Positions 20,557 through 30,104 are shown, numbered from the stretch's first letter. The stretch is 60,450 nucleotides of DNA from Actinomycetota bacterium (GCA_026392275.1 JAPLCM010000093.1:1-60450), one strand, 5' to 3'. Made by a program: numbers and translations. The notes: generated from the letters alone by a model not told the origin.

Positions 20557-23500
20557 TCAGGGCCGGCAGACCGCCACGCGGTCCTTGCCGGCGCGCTTGG
20601 CCGCGTACAGCGCGGCGTCGGCGCGGGCCACCAGATCGTCCATGTTCCCGGCCATTGCGGGCCACGTGGCGATGCCGATGCTCACCGTGATGCGCGCCGG
20701 ATCGGTGCCCTCGCCGACGTCGAACTCGTGGGCGGCGATGGCGGCGCGCAGGCGCTCGGCGAGGGCCGTCGCGCCCTCGCCGTGCCCCAGCGCCGGGCCC
20801 TCGCCGGCGGGCGGGGCGCTCGCCTCGCCTCTCGACTCAGCTGCGTGCTGCGGGATCGCCGAGGGGGGCGTGTTGGGAAGGATGACCGCGAACTCCTCAC
20901 CGCCGTAGCGTGCGGGGAGGTCCAGGTCGCGGCGCAGCTGCTGGGTGAGCACGCCGCCGAGCAGGCGCAACACCTCGTCGCCGGCCGGGTGCCCGTAGGT
21001 GTCGTTGAGCGCCTTGAAGTCGTCGATGTCGAGCATGAGCAGAGACACCGGCGAGCCGTACCGGCGCCCCCGCGCGATTTCTTGGCCAAGGCGATCGTAG
21101 AAGGCGCGGTGGTTGGCCAAGCCGGTGAGGCCGTCGATCGTAGCCTGGGCCTCGATGCGGGCGTACAGCCGCGCATTGTTGAAGGCGATGGCCACCTGCT
21201 CACCGAAGGCTCTCAGGTAGGCGAGCTCGTCCGCCGTGTAGATGCGCTCGTTCTCCGTCTCGATCAGTACGAGCATGCCCAGCGCCTCTCCCTGGAAACG
21301 GAAGGGCACATTGACCAGTGTCCTCTCGCCCCAGGCGATCATCTCGCGGCGCACGAAGTCGTCGAGGTCCGGGTCGGAGAGCGTCTCTACGAACACTTGG
21401 CCCTTCTCGAGGGCTCTGCGGTCGTCGGGAGCGTCGGCCACGCTGAACACAGTGCCGATGGGGTCGTCGCGGGCGACGTCTTCGGCGCGATAGCACGCAC
21501 GCGTGACCACCACGTCGCGCTCGGCGTCGTACTCGTAGATGAAGGCCGCCTTGGCAAGCACGGATTCGGCGGCCAGTCGCGCTACATTCGACAGCAGTTC
21601 GTCGGCGTCGAGCGTCGAGGCTACCACGCGGCCGGCGTCCACGAGCGCACCCAGCCAGCGGTTGCGCTCTTCCTGGCGGCAGTGCAGACGGGCGTTGCCC
21701 AGAGCCACCGCCGCCTGCTCGCCGATGGCGCCCGCCAGGCGCATCTCGTCGGCGCTGAACTCGCGTTCGGCCGCGGTCTCGATGAGGATCATCACGCCGA
21801 TCAGCACCTCAGCCGATACGAGCGGCACGGTGAGCCACGTCTTCTCCCCGAAACGCTGCATGTCGTCACGGTCCTGAGTGCGGAGGTCGGGGTCCGAGAA
21901 GGACTCTTGCACCACCGTGCCGGCGCGCAGGGCGCGCATGCCGCCGCCGTGAGTGGTGATGTCGTAGGAGGCGCCCGCCAGGCTCTCCTCGAGGCCGGGC
22001 TCCGGTTCCTTCTCCCACAGGCAGCGGAACTCGGCGCGGTCGCCCTGCGGGCTGTACTCCCAGATGACGCACTGGGGACTCCCGAGGGCTTTGCCGGCCG
22101 CGCGGGCCACCTCTCGGAGCACCTCGTCGTAGTCGATGCTCGAGGCGATGGCCCTGTTGGCGCGCAGCAGCGCGGCGAGTTCCGTGGTCGTGTCGCGCAG
22201 GGTGCTGAAAGCCAGCCGGCGCTCCAGGGCGGCAGAGAGTGCCGTGGCGGCGGTGGTGAGCAGTGCGACTTCGGAGAAGTCCCACAGGCGTTCGTCGCTG
22301 CAGTTGTCGAAGCCGATGTAGCCGAAGAACTCGCCGTGGACCAAGAGCGGAAGCACGAGCAACGAGCGGATCCCCTGCGCCTCGAAGCTGGAGCGTGCGG
22401 GCTCGGGGAAGTCGGCCGCGAGTCCCATCACCGGGGCTCCACGCCGCAGGGGCTCGGACCACGGGCGCCCCAGGCGCTCGTAGAACTGCCCCCGCAGCGC
22501 CGGATTGTCGATCTGCGGGGTGATGCCGGGGCGTACCAGCTCGGCCAGATTGTCGGCGAACAGCCGGCCCTGCTCGTCGGTGCGGTTCTGGAAGACGTAG
22601 ACGCGGTCGGCGCGGGTGGCTTCCAGGAGCGGTGGCAAGATCAGTCGGTACAGTTCCTCGGGGGCCAGTGTGTCTGCGGCTTTCAGGAGACGTCGCTGGA
22701 TCTCGGCGACGGCTGACGTGAAGCCGGCGCGGCGTTCGCGCTCGGTGACGTCGCGCACGGCCTGCGTGACCAGGGTGCGGCCGGCGAGCTTCACGGCGGT
22801 CGCCGTGATCTCGACGGGGAACTCCTCACCCTCTCGCCGCCGGTGGCGGCGCAGTTGCACGAATGTGGCGGCCGCGCCGCTCGCGGCGCCGACCGTGGCG
22901 CGCGTGGCCTCGGGCTCGGCCGACAGATCGGTCATGCTGAGGCCGAGCAGTTCCTCGCGCGAGAAGCCGTACATGCGGGTCGCGGCGGCGTTGGCGTCGA
23001 GGATGTGGAGCGACTCACCGTCGACCACGAGCAGCGCGTCCGGGTCGAAGTCGAACATGCGTCCGTAGCGCTCCTCACTGCCGCGCAGAGCTTCTTCGGC
23101 GCGCCGGCGCTCGTCGATCTCGGCGAGAAGGGCGCGGTTGGCGTTTTCGAGCGCTGCCGTGCGTTCGGCCACGGTCGTCTCGAGCTCCATGTTCAGGCGG
23201 CGCACCTCCTCCTCGGCGCCCGCCCGTCTGACCAGCTCACCGGCTTCGCGGCCGACGGCGAGCAGCACCGCCATCAGCTTCTCGGAGACTTCGTACGGCG
23301 TGCGGGACGCCAGGCCAAGGGCGCCGAACACACCGTCGCCGGCGCCCAGCGGCACGGTGACCATGCTGGCGAGATCGGCGAGCATCGCGTCTCTGTGGGC
23401 GCGCGAACGCACCAGCGGCTCGCCGCGAGTGAGGACGTCGTAGGGGGGCACGTCGACGCGAAACGATGCGAGGCGCCGGCGCACGTCTTCGGGCAGGCCG

Positions 23501-23709
23501 CTCTCGCAGGCCAGATGTGCGGTCTGGCCGTCCTCGTCGATGAGGACGACGGCTCCAGCATCGAAGTCGAGCGCGGCCATCGTCACCGCGAGGATCTCCT
23601 CGAGGCCGTGCGCGAACCCGCGAGCCCGGCAGGCCGCCGTGATCACGCGGTCCAGCAGGGCGACCCGGCCATCATCTCGCAGGTGCGGTCGTGTGCGTCG
23701 CTCGTCCAT
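20557..23709 (-). CDS. GAF-PAS-GAF-GAF-GAF-GGDEF diguanylate cyclase
   Basis: Four GAF-type ..(V/L)PL...G...G motifs and one PAS (DALLVVDGESLHILDANAAATRMYGFSREELLG). C-terminal RYGGEEF with RxxD (RDLD). Start taken at ATG 23709 (MDERRT). Confidence 0.85.
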   Translation of the reverse strand: MDERRTRPHLRDDGRVALLDRVITAACRARGFAHGLEEILAVTMAALDFDAGAVVLIDEDGQTAHLACESGLPEDVRRRLASFRVDVPPYDVLTRGEPLVRSRAHRDAMLADLASMVTVPLGAGDGVFGALGLASRTPYEVSEKLMAVLLAVGREAGELVRRAGAEEEVRRLNMELETTVAERTAALENANRALLAEIDERRRAEEALRGSEERYGRMFDFDPDALLVVDGESLHILDANAAATRMYGFSREELLGLSMTDLSAEPEATRATVGAASGAAATFVQLRRHRRREGEEFPVEITATAVKLAGRTLVTQAVRDVTERERRAGFTSAVAEIQRRLLKAADTLAPEELYRLILPPLLEATRADRVYVFQNRTDEQGRLFADNLAELVRPGITPQIDNPALRGQFYERLGRPWSEPLRRGAPVMGLAADFPEPARSSFEAQGIRSLLVLPLLVHGEFFGYIGFDNCSDERLWDFSEVALLTTAATALSAALERRLAFSTLRDTTTELAALLRANRAIASSIDYDEVLREVARAAGKALGSPQCVIWEYSPQGDRAEFRCLWEKEPEPGLEESLAGASYDITTHGGGMRALRAGTVVQESFSDPDLRTQDRDDMQRFGEKTWLTVPLVSAEVLIGVMILIETAAEREFSADEMRLAGAIGEQAAVALGNARLHCRQEERNRWLGALVDAGRVVASTLDADELLSNVARLAAESVLAKAAFIYEYDAERDVVVTRACYRAEDVARDDPIGTVFSVADAPDDRRALEKGQVFVETLSDPDLDDFVRREMIAWGERTLVNVPFRFQGEALGMLVLIETENERIYTADELAYLRAFGEQVAIAFNNARLYARIEAQATIDGLTGLANHRAFYDRLGQEIARGRRYGSPVSLLMLDIDDFKALNDTYGHPAGDEVLRLLGGVLTQQLRRDLDLPARYGGEEFAVILPNTPPSAIPQHAAESRGEASAPPAGEGPALGHGEGATALAERLRAAIAAHEFDVGEGTDPARITVSIGIATWPAMAGNMDDLVARADAALYAAKRAGKDRVAVCRP

Positions 23710-23817
23710 GTGCCTCCACGGCGAAGCTTCCCCTCGCAGTATCGTCGGCAACCGTTGTCAGCTTGAACCACGCGCGGGTGAACTCACCCGTGCGGCGTGC
23801 GAAGATGGGGCGCGCGC

Positions 23818-23915
23818 GGAGCGGCTCGTGGTCCGGTGACCACCGCGGTCTTCAAAACCGTCTGCGGGGCAGTGATCCTGTCCTGGGTGGGTTCGACTCC
23901 CATGTCGCTCCGCCA
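23818..23915 (+). tRNA. selC: tRNA-Sec (anticodon UCA)
   Basis: 8-bp acceptor stem ggagcggc/gtcgctcc (one G-U). 6-bp D stem gtggtc/gaccac with 4-nt loop. Anticodon loop cuUCAaa (UCA at 23852-23854). Long variable arm ggggcag/ctgtcct. T loop ttcgact. Discriminator G plus encoded CCA. Confidence 0.93.
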
Positions 23916-23983
23916 GTGCGACCACGGCTGCCCGAGAGGCCGGGCGGCTCAAAGCCACGACGGCGACGGGTCCGCCGCCTGCC

Positions 23984-24496
23984 TCACCCCTCCGGGTAGT
24001 CGATTGCCTCGATCGTGAGGTTGCGGTTGCCTGCCGGGCGCCGCCAGAGCACGGTGGAGCCTACGCGCGCGTCGAGCAGGGCTTCGGCGAGTGGTGAGAC
24101 GTAGCTGATCTTGCCGGCCTTGAGGTCGGCCTCGTCCTGGCCGACGATCGTGAACGTGAGCTCCGCGCCGCCCGGTTCGCGGACGGTCACCGCGGCGCCG
24201 AACTTCACCATGCGCCGCGGCTGACGCCGCGGGTCCACGAGGATCGCCGTCTCCAGGCGCCGCGCGAAGTAGCGCAGGTCGCGGTCCACGTACTCGCGCT
24301 GGTCGCGCGCCAGGGCGTCACCTTCCTCCGCGGCGGCGAGCAGCTCGAGGCGCCGCTCCTCGAGTTCGCCGAGCTTCTCTTCCAGCTGGCGCAGGCCGGC
24401 GGGGGTCACGTAGTTGGGGTGGTCGCTGATCTGCCGCTCGGGGAGCCCCTCGTCGGGCGCCCCCTCGTCAGGTTCCTTGACGAAGGCTCGGCTCAT
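23984..24496 (-). CDS. GreA/GreB-family transcript cleavage factor
   Basis: From ATG 24496: MSRAFVKEPDEG..., a coiled-coil region, and the C-terminal GreA/B-type motif ISYVSPLAEALLDARVGSTV. Confidence 0.75.
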   Translation of the reverse strand: MSRAFVKEPDEGAPDEGLPERQISDHPNYVTPAGLRQLEEKLGELEERRLELLAAAEEGDALARDQREYVDRDLRYFARRLETAILVDPRRQPRRMVKFGAAVTVREPGGAELTFTIVGQDEADLKAGKISYVSPLAEALLDARVGSTVLWRRPAGNRNLTIEAIDYPEG

Positions 24497-24602
24497 CTCG
24501 TCACGTCCGCGTCGGGGTCGTAGCACGTCTTCGACGCGCTCTGGTTTAGTCCCCCCGCCCCGCGTGGGTAGACAGTTGGCAAACGAGACAAGGAGCGGGA
24601 CG

Positions 24603-25115
24603 ATGCTGGACAAGAGGATGCAGGACGCGATCAACGACCAGATCAACTGGGAGCTCTACTCGGGCTACCTGTACCTTTCGATGGCGGCGCAGTTCTCCGA
24701 GATGGGCATGGCCGGCGGCCAGAACTGGATGACGGTGCAGTACCAGGAAGAGCTCTCGCACGCGCAGAAGATGTTCGACTACGTCACTACCCGCGGCGGT
24801 CGCGTAACGCTCGAGGCGATCCCGAAACCGCAGACGGAGTGGGCCGGTGGTCTCGACATGTTCAAGGAGGCACTTGCTCACGAGGAGGGCGTGACGGCGC
24901 GCATCTTCGACCTCGCTTCGCTGGCCCTGGAGATCAAGGACCACGCCACGCACAACTTCCTGCAGTACTTCATCGCCGAGCAGGTCGAAGAAGAAGAGAG
25001 CGCCGGCGACATGGTGCAGAAGTTCACCATGGCGGGCGACCAGCCGGGCGGTCTCTATCAGCTCGACAAGGAGCTTGCGGCGCGCGTGTTCACGCCGCCG
25101 GCGCCGGCGGCGTGA
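24603..25115 (+). CDS. Ferritin (non-haem, Ftn-like)
   Basis: MLDKRMQDAINDQINWELYSGYLYLSMAAQF and EELSHAQKMFDY, typical ferritin di-iron ligand helices. AAGGAG upstream of ATG 24603. Confidence 0.85.
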   Translation: MLDKRMQDAINDQINWELYSGYLYLSMAAQFSEMGMAGGQNWMTVQYQEELSHAQKMFDYVTTRGGRVTLEAIPKPQTEWAGGLDMFKEALAHEEGVTARIFDLASLALEIKDHATHNFLQYFIAEQVEEEESAGDMVQKFTMAGDQPGGLYQLDKELAARVFTPPAPAA

Positions 25116-25121
25116 GGTTCG

Positions 25122-25592
25122 TCACAGCACCATCACCATGAGCAGACAGGGGTTCTCGGGCCCCCAGACCTGCGGCAGCACCTCGAGCGGGCAGAAGCCC
25201 ACGGCGACGTAGAAGGCGCGCGTCGTCGCGTACGGCGGGTGCGGGTCGCTGGGCGCGAGGGTCTTCACGTGGAGCATCGAGAAGCCCTGGGCGCGGGCGT
25301 GCGTGGCCGCGCGCTCCACAAGCGCGCGGCCGACCCCGCGCCGGTGCGCGCCCGGGATCACGGCCATCACGTGGATCTCCACCGCGTCGCCGCTCGTCGG
25401 CTTGAGGGTCAGGAAGCCGACGGTCTCCCCGCCGCGGGCGGCGACGAACGTGGGCAACTCGTCCGCCGCGTGGGCGTAGTCGACGAGCGCCTGCTCGAGG
25501 CCGAACCAGTCGGGCAGGGCGCGCAGGATGCCTTCGGCGAGCGCGCCCTGCCCGCTGAGCGGGCCACACACGACCGCCCCGGCGTCGTTCAC
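25122..25592 (-). CDS. GNAT-family N-acetyltransferase
   Basis: Acetyl-CoA motif VIPGAHRRGVGRALVERA. GTG 25592 is the first start after the upstream permease stop. Confidence 0.7.
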   Translation of the reverse strand: MNDAGAVVCGPLSGQGALAEGILRALPDWFGLEQALVDYAHAADELPTFVAARGGETVGFLTLKPTSGDAVEIHVMAVIPGAHRRGVGRALVERAATHARAQGFSMLHVKTLAPSDPHPPYATTRAFYVAVGFCPLEVLPQVWGPENPCLLMVMVL

Positions 25593-25602
25593 GCCGTCCA
25601 GC

Positions 25603-26373
25603 TCAGGTGACGTCGCGGCGCATCGAGGTGAAGACCGCCGCCACGCTGAACACGGCGATGTAGGCAATGGCGACCAGGAACGCCTCGGGCCGGGTCAGTG
25701 ACGGCAGGTCGACGTTCTCTCCGACCTTGAGCGATGCACCCATGGTGAGCTGCTGAAAAGCCGCGAACGGCAGGTAGATGCCGATGTGCGGCTTGATGAC
25801 GGCGACGATGCCCTCCGCGGCAAGCGCCCAGACCATCACGCCGGCGACGGTGGGTATCTGGGCGCGGAACAGGGCGCCGAGACTGACGCCGAAGGCGGTC
25901 ATCATCCCTGCGGTCAGCAGGAACATGCCGGCGTCGCGGAGCGTCTCAAGGTCGGACACGTTGGCCGCGGTGAGCCAAGGGACCGCGATGCCGCGGAGCG
26001 CGGCGATCAGGGCGATGGCCAGGACGACGAGCAGCGAGGTAGCCGCCATCACCGCTGCCCCCACGATCCCGTAGCAGAGGAGCTTCACGACCATCACCAT
26101 GCCGCGCCGCGGGGTGGCGAGGTAGGTGTAGGTGATGGTGCCGTGGCGGTACTCGTTGGTCATGCCGAGGATGCCGAAGACCACGGCGAGGATGGGCACC
26201 AGCGTGAGGCCGCTGGCGGCGAGAGCGGCCCCACCGTCAGACAGCGCGTCGCGGGGCACGAGGCTCATCACGAGCACCGCGGGCACGACGCTGACCACGA
26301 GGGCCGCGATGAACAGGCCGAGGGCGGTGCGCGTACTGCGGAGCTTGAGGAACTCGGCGCGGATGAGGTCCAT
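25603..26373 (-). CDS. ABC-2 type transporter permease
   Basis: MDLIRAEFLKLRSTRTA N-terminus followed by six hydrophobic helices. Its ATG overlaps the ATPase stop (TGATG). Confidence 0.75.
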   Translation of the reverse strand: MDLIRAEFLKLRSTRTALGLFIAALVVSVVPAVLVMSLVPRDALSDGGAALAASGLTLVPILAVVFGILGMTNEYRHGTITYTYLATPRRGMVMVVKLLCYGIVGAAVMAATSLLVVLAIALIAALRGIAVPWLTAANVSDLETLRDAGMFLLTAGMMTAFGVSLGALFRAQIPTVAGVMVWALAAEGIVAVIKPHIGIYLPFAAFQQLTMGASLKVGENVDLPSLTRPEAFLVAIAYIAVFSVAAVFTSMRRDVT

Positions 26374-27269
26374 CAGGATTCCCTCCGCGTCCCGGCGATC
26401 TGCAGGAAGAGGTCTTCGAGGCTGGGCTGCTCCGCGAGGAGCTCGTGGAGGACGATGTCGTTGGCGTGCGCCAGCTCGCCGACCTCGGCGCTGCTCGGCC
26501 CGCGGATGGCTAACGCCGTGTCCAGGCGATTCACGCCGGCACCCTTTTGCAGCAGCAGTCCCTCGAGCTTCTGCGCCTGCGGGCTCCGCACGCGTACCAC
26601 CGGGGCAGCGCCGGCAGCGAGCTGCGCGATGGGCCCTTGGGCCAGCAGCTTGCCCTTGCTGATGATGAGGACGTGGTCCACGGTCTGCTCGATCTCGGCC
26701 AGCACGTGGCTCGAGACGAGCACCGTGCGGCCCTCCGCGGCTTGTGCGCGAAGGAAGCCGCGCAACCACTTCATGCCCTCGGGGTCGAGGCCGTTGGCCG
26801 GCTCGTCGAGCAACAGCACCTCGGGGTCGCCGAGCAGGGCGCAGGCCAGGGCGAGGCGCTGCTTCATGCCGGTCGAGTAACCCTTGACGGCGCGTTCGGC
26901 TGAGCCGGAGAGCTCGACCATCTTGAGGGCGGAGTCCACGCGCTCGTGGCCGATGCCTGCGGCCCGCGCGACGACGCGCAAGGCGTTGCGGCCGGAGCGT
27001 CCGGGGTGGAAGCCGGAGGCGTCCAGAAGGGCACCGACGCGCGTGGTGGGGTGAGTCAGATCGCGGTACCTGCCGCCGAGAATCGTGACCTGGCCGGAGG
27101 TGGGCCGCACGAGATCGACGAGCATGCGCAGGGTCGTGGTCTTGCCGGCGCCGTTGGGGCCAAGGAAGCCGGTGATCGTGCCCGGCTGGATACTGAAGCT
27201 CACGTCGTCGACGGCGAGGACCTTCTTGCCGAAGCGCTTGGTGAGGTGATCGGCCTCGATAACGGGCAT
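26373..27269 (-). CDS. ABC transporter ATP-binding protein
   Basis: Walker A GPNGAGKTT, signature YSTGMKQRL and Walker B LLLDEP. Start at ATG 27269 (MPVIEADHLTKRFG). Confidence 0.9.
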   Translation of the reverse strand: MPVIEADHLTKRFGKKVLAVDDVSFSIQPGTITGFLGPNGAGKTTTLRMLVDLVRPTSGQVTILGGRYRDLTHPTTRVGALLDASGFHPGRSGRNALRVVARAAGIGHERVDSALKMVELSGSAERAVKGYSTGMKQRLALACALLGDPEVLLLDEPANGLDPEGMKWLRGFLRAQAAEGRTVLVSSHVLAEIEQTVDHVLIISKGKLLAQGPIAQLAAGAAPVVRVRSPQAQKLEGLLLQKGAGVNRLDTALAIRGPSSAEVGELAHANDIVLHELLAEQPSLEDLFLQIAGTRRES

Positions 27270-27342
27270 GGTGCCTCCCGGTTGTGTGCCGAGAGGAGTG
27301 TATACGACGCTCGGTCGGTTCAGGCTCGCCCGGGCGAGACGC

Positions 27343-27993
27343 TCACGGCTGCACCGCTCTGCCGTACAGCTCCCACTGCCCGCTGCGGCGGTCGGCCCAG
27401 AAGACGGTGCGGCCAACGAGCACCGGTCGTGCCTGTCTGGCGCCGTCGTTGCACACGGCAGAGGCGCGGTGCCGGCCGAAGTCGTAGGCCCAGATGTCGC
27501 CGCTCCCGGACTCCTGCACCCACACCACGAGGTCGCCCTCGAGATCCAGCGACCGGGCGCGGGCAGAAGTGCGGCACAGTTCGACGGAGCGCCGCGTGAG
27601 CCGGTTCCACGCGAGGATCGCGGACTCGTCCTTGCCCATGGGCGACGCCCACACGACGCGTCGCCGATCGACGGCCACGCCGGTGCCCGACGCGGAGAGC
27701 TGGTAGCGCGTCTGTCGGCGGCGGTCGGTGGCCCAGACGCGGGCCGCGGCTCGCGGGCCCGTTGTCCACGCGACCAGCTGGCCCCAGGCGGCGACCTCGC
27801 GCACCTCGCCGTCGGCAGGGATGACGATGCGCTCGTCGGTGACCGTGTTGCGCCCGACCACCGTGTTGCCCGACGACGCGGTCGTCTCGACGACCGCGGC
27901 CCTGGGCTCCGCGAAGCGATAGGTGTCGACGTCGTTGTAGCTGTACAGCACGGCGTCTTGCTGCAGCGCGGGCGCGTCGCCGGGCACGTGCAC
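27343..27993 (-). CDS. Hypothetical beta-propeller-like repeat protein; start uncertain and possibly disrupted
   Basis: Repeated blade-like strings (RRVVWASPMGKDESAILAWN, DLVVWVQESGSGDIWAYD, RTVFWADRRSGQWELYG). The frame stays protein-like upstream to 28080, where it meets ATG-TAG at 28086-28081. Confidence 0.45.
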   Translation of the reverse strand: MHVPGDAPALQQDAVLYSYNDVDTYRFAEPRAAVVETTASSGNTVVGRNTVTDERIVIPADGEVREVAAWGQLVAWTTGPRAAARVWATDRRRQTRYQLSASGTGVAVDRRRVVWASPMGKDESAILAWNRLTRRSVELCRTSARARSLDLEGDLVVWVQESGSGDIWAYDFGRHRASAVCNDGARQARPVLVGRTVFWADRRSGQWELYGRAVQP

Positions 27994-28084
27994 CCAGCCC
28001 TGCCAATGAGCGGTGTCGTAACCCTCGAGCTGGAAGGGGTAGGCGAGGATAGCGTAGGGCGCGGCGTCGTAGAAGATCTGCTAC

Positions 28085-28252
28085 ATCTGATTCGGGCAAC
28101 CGGTCGACCAGGATGGCGGCGGCGGTCACGTCTGCGACATGGGCTCGCCGGCGCTTCATGTCGACGCCGGTCCCTGCGAGCAGCCTCAGCGAGGCCTCGT
28201 GGAGTCGGCGGCAGGCGGTCTCGTCCCACACGCGGAGCGTGGCGTGACTCAT
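28085..28252 (-). pseudogene. Possible remnant of a trimethylamine-methyltransferase (MttB/MtgB)-family N-terminus
   Basis: MSHATLRVWDETACRRLHEASLRLLAGTGVDM resembles, from memory, the MttB-family N-terminal '..IHEASL.ILE.TGV' signature. Similarity is lost after about 35 aa, and the ORF then reads as GC-shadow sequence. Confidence 0.25.
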
Positions 28253-28474
28253 GGAATGGTCCTTCGCAGGGGTCCTCCGGGTGTGGCTTGAGAGATGGTC
28301 CGCCGCCGCTGCGGCGAGCCGCGCACGCCCGGCGGCCTAGCGGGCCAAGGGTGTCAACACGGTGAACGATCGCCCCCGACGAACGTGTCCCCCACGGGCG
28401 CATGTCCTCCCTGCCCCACCGGACAGGTACTCCACGGCACTCATTGCCTGCCGAGGTGCCCGGGGTATCACGGC

Positions 28475-29107
28475 ATGGCGCCGCCGGCCTCGTGGCGCAC
28501 TCCGCTTGCGTCGCGGGCGGCTGGGGCTGACGATAGCGTGGTCGTGATCGGTTTCTGTGAGAAGTGGTGGATGACCGCTCTGCGCGGCGCCGTTGCTCTC
28601 GTCTTCGGTCTCACGGTGCTCGTCTGGCCAGACCCCGATGACGCTGTCCTTGCGGTCGCGTTCGGCGTGTTCGCGCTCGTCGACGGCCTGGTGCTGGGCG
28701 CCGTGGCCGTTGTAGGGCGCGATGTGCTCGAGCAGTGGTGGATCGCGTTGGTCGAGGGCGTCGTCGGCATGGTCGTCGGCCTCGTGGCCTTGACGTGGCC
28801 GGGGATCGGCGGCCTCGGCCTGTTGTCGCTGCTGGCCGCCTGGGCCGTCCTCACCGGCGTCTTCGAGATCGAGACCGCCGTGCGGCTGCGGCGGCTGACC
28901 GGCAGCGATGCGTGGCTGTTCCTCGCCGGAGGCCTTTCGCTGCTGGTCGGGATCGCGCTGATCGCGGTGCCCAAGGACGACCCGCTGGAGATCGCCTGGG
29001 CGATCGGCGTGTTCGGCGTGGCGTTCGGCGGCGTGCTGCTGGTGGCGGCCGGCCGCTTGAGGCGCCTGGCCCGCGCGGCGCGGCCCTCCGCGCCGCGACA
29101 AGCGTAG
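28475..29107 (+). CDS. HdeD/DUF308-family membrane protein
   Basis: WWMTALRGAVALVFGLTVLVWP and repeated glycine-rich helices (VGMVVGLVALTWPG, LLAAWAVLTGVFEI), typical of DUF308. The choice of start (ATG 28475) is tentative. Confidence 0.65.
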   Translation: MAPPASWRTPLASRAAGADDSVVVIGFCEKWWMTALRGAVALVFGLTVLVWPDPDDAVLAVAFGVFALVDGLVLGAVAVVGRDVLEQWWIALVEGVVGMVVGLVALTWPGIGGLGLLSLLAAWAVLTGVFEIETAVRLRRLTGSDAWLFLAGGLSLLVGIALIAVPKDDPLEIAWAIGVFGVAFGGVLLVAAGRLRRLARAARPSAPRQA

Positions 29108-29129
29108 CGCCGGAGCTGCCGGCGGCGGC

Positions 29130-30104
29130 TCAGCCGCCCGGCAGGTCTTTCTCGTAGACGAGGTGAGCGCCTCGTTTCGGGCGCATCCCCACGGACTCGT
29201 AGAGACCCATGGCCCCGGTGGGGTTCTCGCTGTCCACGCCGAGATAGGCGCGGGGGAGGCCACGCCGGCGCAGTTCGGCAAAGCCCGCCCGCAGCAGGGC
29301 GCGGCCCAGCCCGCGCCCGCGCCAGGGTCTGCGCACCGCGAGGGTGTCGATGTAGCCGCCCAAGGGCGTCTCGAGGGCCAGCAGACTGCCGGCGACCTCG
29401 TCGCCGTCCCAGGCGACCCACCACAGGTCGAGGTCGAGATCGGGGCGTTCGAAACGGAAGGCGAGCCACTCGTCCAGGTCCATGCGGTCGGGGCGCCAGT
29501 GATCCTGGAAGGCTTCTTCATCGGCGGCGTGCACGGGTGCCTCGTCGCGGTGCCGGCGAAAGCGGCGCACCACGATGCCCGGCGGCCAGACCGGCATGGC
29601 CGGCGCCTCAGCCAGGTCGACCTCGAGGCGCAGGAAGGTGCGCGCGTAGCGAAAGCCGTGACGCTCGTAGCGCGCGCGTCGCGAGGCGTCGTCCTCGTGC
29701 GTCCACACGCCGAGGTTCGTGGGAGCGCCGTCGCCCGGGCGCCCCGCGGCGCCAGCCGCTCGAGTCTCGCACAGGCCCAAGAGGGCCTCGCTGAGACCGC
29801 GGTCTCGGTGGGCGGGGTGAACGGTCTGTTCGGCGACGAACACGCTGGGTGGATCCTCTATCCAGACCAGGCCGTACCCGACGAGCTCACCCGACGTGGT
29901 CTCCACCAGCCAGCAGTCCTCATCCGGCACAAGGCGGGGCAGCGCCCACTCCTCCAGGATCTCTGCCGGCGTCACGTCGCTATCGCCGTGTCGGGCGACC
30001 TCGACGGCTTGCTTCAGGCCGGCGACGGCGGAGACGTCGCCGGCGTTTGGCCGGCGCAGGCGATAGCCGGGCGGGAGTGAGCTCGAAGCGCCGGAAGATG
30101 TCAC
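29130..30104 (-). CDS. Two-domain GNAT acetyltransferase (mycothiol synthase MshD-like)
   Basis: Two GNAT halves. The second carries RRPWRGRGLGRALLRAGFAELRRRG and ends GVDSENPTGAMGLYESVGM. Start set at GTG 30104. The further upstream ORF extension crosses the tandem repeats and the neighbouring gene's start. Confidence 0.65.
   Translation of the reverse strand: MTSSGASSSLPPGYRLRRPNAGDVSAVAGLKQAVEVARHGDSDVTPAEILEEWALPRLVPDEDCWLVETTSGELVGYGLVWIEDPPSVFVAEQTVHPAHRDRGLSEALLGLCETRAAGAAGRPGDGAPTNLGVWTHEDDASRRARYERHGFRYARTFLRLEVDLAEAPAMPVWPPGIVVRRFRRHRDEAPVHAADEEAFQDHWRPDRMDLDEWLAFRFERPDLDLDLWWVAWDGDEVAGSLLALETPLGGYIDTLAVRRPWRGRGLGRALLRAGFAELRRRGLPRAYLGVDSENPTGAMGLYESVGMRPKRGAHLVYEKDLPGG

Noticed and set aside
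20449-22716. 755-aa plus-strand ORF opposite the GAF-PAS-GGDEF gene; also 51739..53970, 55105..56739 and 57940..59247 on the minus strand
   Set aside because: No recognisable motifs and extreme Arg/Gly/Ala/His bias. The opposite strand encodes proteins with clear domain signatures.
23710-24000. Genomic island or integrative element at tRNA-Sec
   Set aside because: No integrase, excisionase-only gene, transposase or repeat of the tRNA 3' end was seen on either side. The flanking genes are ordinary chromosomal genes of the same composition.
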